Positions 61,534 through 64,000 of a DNA stretch of 64,000 nt are shown piece by piece; position 1 is the stretch's first letter, and each line of letters begins with the position of its first letter. Location of the stretch: contig OZ287081.1 of the NCBI GenBank assembly GCA_965645245.1, positions 1,178,001-1,242,000 on the forward strand, given 5' to 3'. Below the pieces are notes generated by a model, which saw only the letters and a program-made list of their open reading frames with translations, was not told the origin of the DNA and ran no database searches. Source of the stretch: Massalongia carnosa (taxonomy: Eukaryota). A program made the translations under genes and the position numbers.

Positions 61534-62016
61534 ATCCGGCAACATAAAAGGAGAGAAAGAAAAAGGAATCTCCGTGCGTGGGGATCAACCAGGATGGGGG
61601 GAAATGGGAAGGGAACGGAATGGAAACACATTGTTCATGCACGCGCACACGTGGTCGCCTGCCCATAGCACGATTCGATTCGATTCGGGGGGGATGAATG
61701 GTATGTAGATAGAGAGATAGGGTAGGTACGTAGTAGGTATCTTGTACATAGGAAAGAGCCTGAACAAATTTTCCGATTATCTCCGCCCCCCTCCCCCGGG
61801 GCGGAGTTTCTTCACGCGTACCCCCTTCGTAGCTGAGAACAGTATCGTGGTGCTTCCGGGAACTACATCTGGCGCCCCCTTCCCCTCTTTCTTTATTCCC
61901 GCGTATTCCAGGATTAATTGGCTGTTCCTTCCCATATGGAATTGAAATCCGTCACAACGCCCCCCGTGGAATACCCTATCTCGTATAATAACACCTTTCC
62001 CAGCAGCATACCAACC

Positions 62017-63268
62017 CTATTCAATCGTCATCCGACTTGGCACAGGCCCATGCGATAGGTTCGGCATCTCCGTCATGTTGGATTTCTCGTCGTCGCCCTC
62101 AAGCTTGCGGCCGACAATGTGGGGCTTCAGGCCTAGGTCGAAGTTGGCGGTGCAGATGCAGGCGTTGATGATGGTAAGGATGATGAGATTGATGGTGATG
62201 ACGGCGAAAGCGGTCAGGGGCTTTCGGACGGGGCGGAAGGTGGGCGCCTTGGACGAGTGGTACATGCGGACCAGTTTGAAAAGGAAGTATGCAAGGCCGG
62301 CGAAATAGAGCAGCTTTCGGTTGGTACGAGGTTAGCGATGCCCGATCAAGGTAACGAGAGGTCATCCACTCACTATGATGGCAACCATGCCGATTCTGCT
62401 CTCCCTGCGAGTGAAGAATGCGGCCATAAACAATATGACAATGGTGACGGGTATGGCAGCGATCGTCAGCGCAAATTCGACGGTACGTTTTTCCACGACG
62501 ATGACGATAAATTGGATGGTAAACCCCAGGAAAAAGAAGAAATCAAACTTGAGAAGGGCGATGTAGATCTAAAGAGGATGTTAGCGGGGTCAAAGGACGC
62601 TTCGGACGCGGACTCGTACCTGAAAGGTCAAATACCTCCTCTTCATCCTCAAATCAGCACTGATATGCTTGTATATCGTCCACGCAAACTCGTCATATAG
62701 TTTCCATGCCACGATAGACATTAACACCGTGCCGAGCGCGATTACACACGGAACGGCCACCAGGTATGGTCTTGTTGATTCCCACACTCCCGGGTTGATA
62801 TCGTTGTTTTCTGTCAGGCGATACACAGCGTCTTCAATCTGAGTCATCTGGACAGCGGCGTAGACGAGCAGGGCTACATTGGAGAAGCAAAGACCGATAA
62901 TTTGAATGGTGTTCTTCAACCGAAGCGCGTCATACACTAAGAGCAACTGGTACAGAAAGCCGAAAATGTACAATGTGAGGAAAGTGGGAATGGTTTGGGT
63001 ATCGTTTCTATCGCTTTTGTGGGCATTGTTGCGATTCGCTGCTCCTTCCTTCAGGTTCGTCTGGAACTGTGCAAATACGTAGCTGCGCGCATGGTTAGTC
63101 CACATTCCCTTCCAGTTATCTCCTCACGCGACCCATGCATGATTTCGGTCGCAGGAGAGTTCTTGGCTCGGACAGAGAAACCCACGATTCAATCGCCAAC
63201 ACTATCGCCGCTTGAATGCACGTTACTGCCACAAACGCCCAGGTCCATAGGGAGTTTGGTTTGTACAT
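62017..63268 (-). CDS. Multi-TM membrane protein (UPF0658 Golgi-type), 4 exons
   Basis: MYKPNSLWTWAF, TIPTFLTLYIFGF, DALRLKNTIQIIG, LYDEFAWTIYKHISAD, YIALLKFDFFFF and NFDLGLKPH...RMTIE. Confidence 0.8.
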
Positions 63269-64000
63269 GATTCCCTTTACGTGACGTCCGCCAGCGGAAG
63301 CAACAGGGTATCCCTTTCGCTGGTGATGGGCACCACTATACGGTTGATCCCAGCTTGAAGGCTGGCCTCCTAAGAGGGAAGCTCGTGCCTCGTGGCGTTG
63401 AATTTTGGCGGTGCTGGAATGCTCCGGATGGGAGATTCGCGATCGACTATGATGGAGACGAGAGTATTAGATATTTATGAAGCGAATATGTTCCCTTGGA
63501 TGTTGACTTGTAGAGTATCGATGCTTTCTTCACGCCTTGTCATCTGCCAGTTTTTCGCGACGTTTCAGCTTCTGTGATTGCTTCCTCGCCGTGAGTTATC
63601 TGAAACCGGTTAAACTGGGGGATCCAACGGGGTTTCGAAACTGGCCAACAGGAAGAGAATTTAAATTCACGGCAGACAAGCGCAACGAAACGAAGGTAGA
63701 TGCCAGATACGAAGAACAGGGCAAGTGAGTCTGGGTGGTAAGGAACTGTTGCGTTGAAGGTGGAAGAGGAGGAGGTGCTCTCTGTGCGGGAGATTGAAAG
63801 GGAAGGCGGGAAGATGGGGGAGGAGGTGGGAGGGTGGTGGGATTCACTGATTCACTCCCTCTCTTTCTCTCAACCCAAAATAGAAAAGAGAGTCTTGGCT
63901 CTTGACAAGGATTGCGTCGGTCGCTTAGCAAAAGGTCATGAAGTCTAACCGTTTTTGGTCTGACGAGAGGAACAAGACACCCAATCACCCAATCCGGTAA

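Overview
This is eukaryotic DNA from a filamentous ascomycete (Pezizomycotina), inferred from short GT-AG introns with CTRAC branch sites, a laeA orthologue and Fot1/pogo transposons; the species cannot be determined from the sequence alone. Apparently intact host genes are mitochondrial ThrRS, a coiled-coil membrane protein, a DHA1 MFS transporter, GH2 beta-mannosidase, a Rab4-like GTPase, ATP20, ROK1, a WDR89-like WD40 protein, laeA, a Trk-type cation transporter, TOA1, CDC20, a Ral2-like Kelch-BTB protein and a UPF0658-like membrane protein. They are interspersed with nested transposons that have readable TIRs and TSDs: three pogo/Fot1 copies (one intact), the end of a further pogo-like element, three Tc1/IS630 DD34E elements, three solo LTRs and a CAC-terminal MITE with a 5-bp TSD. 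At least five host genes are broken: glutathione reductase, an NADP alkenal/PTGR-like reductase, RidA (split by a transposon), a conserved-looking hypothetical gene and a secreted protein. The most unusual object is a two-gene, MuDR-like-architecture IS630/Tc1 element (47086-49701) with ~150-bp TIRs, an intron-containing transposase and a convergent accessory ORF. All calls come from manual reading and recalled family motifs; no searches were run, and exon boundaries are hand-inferred.
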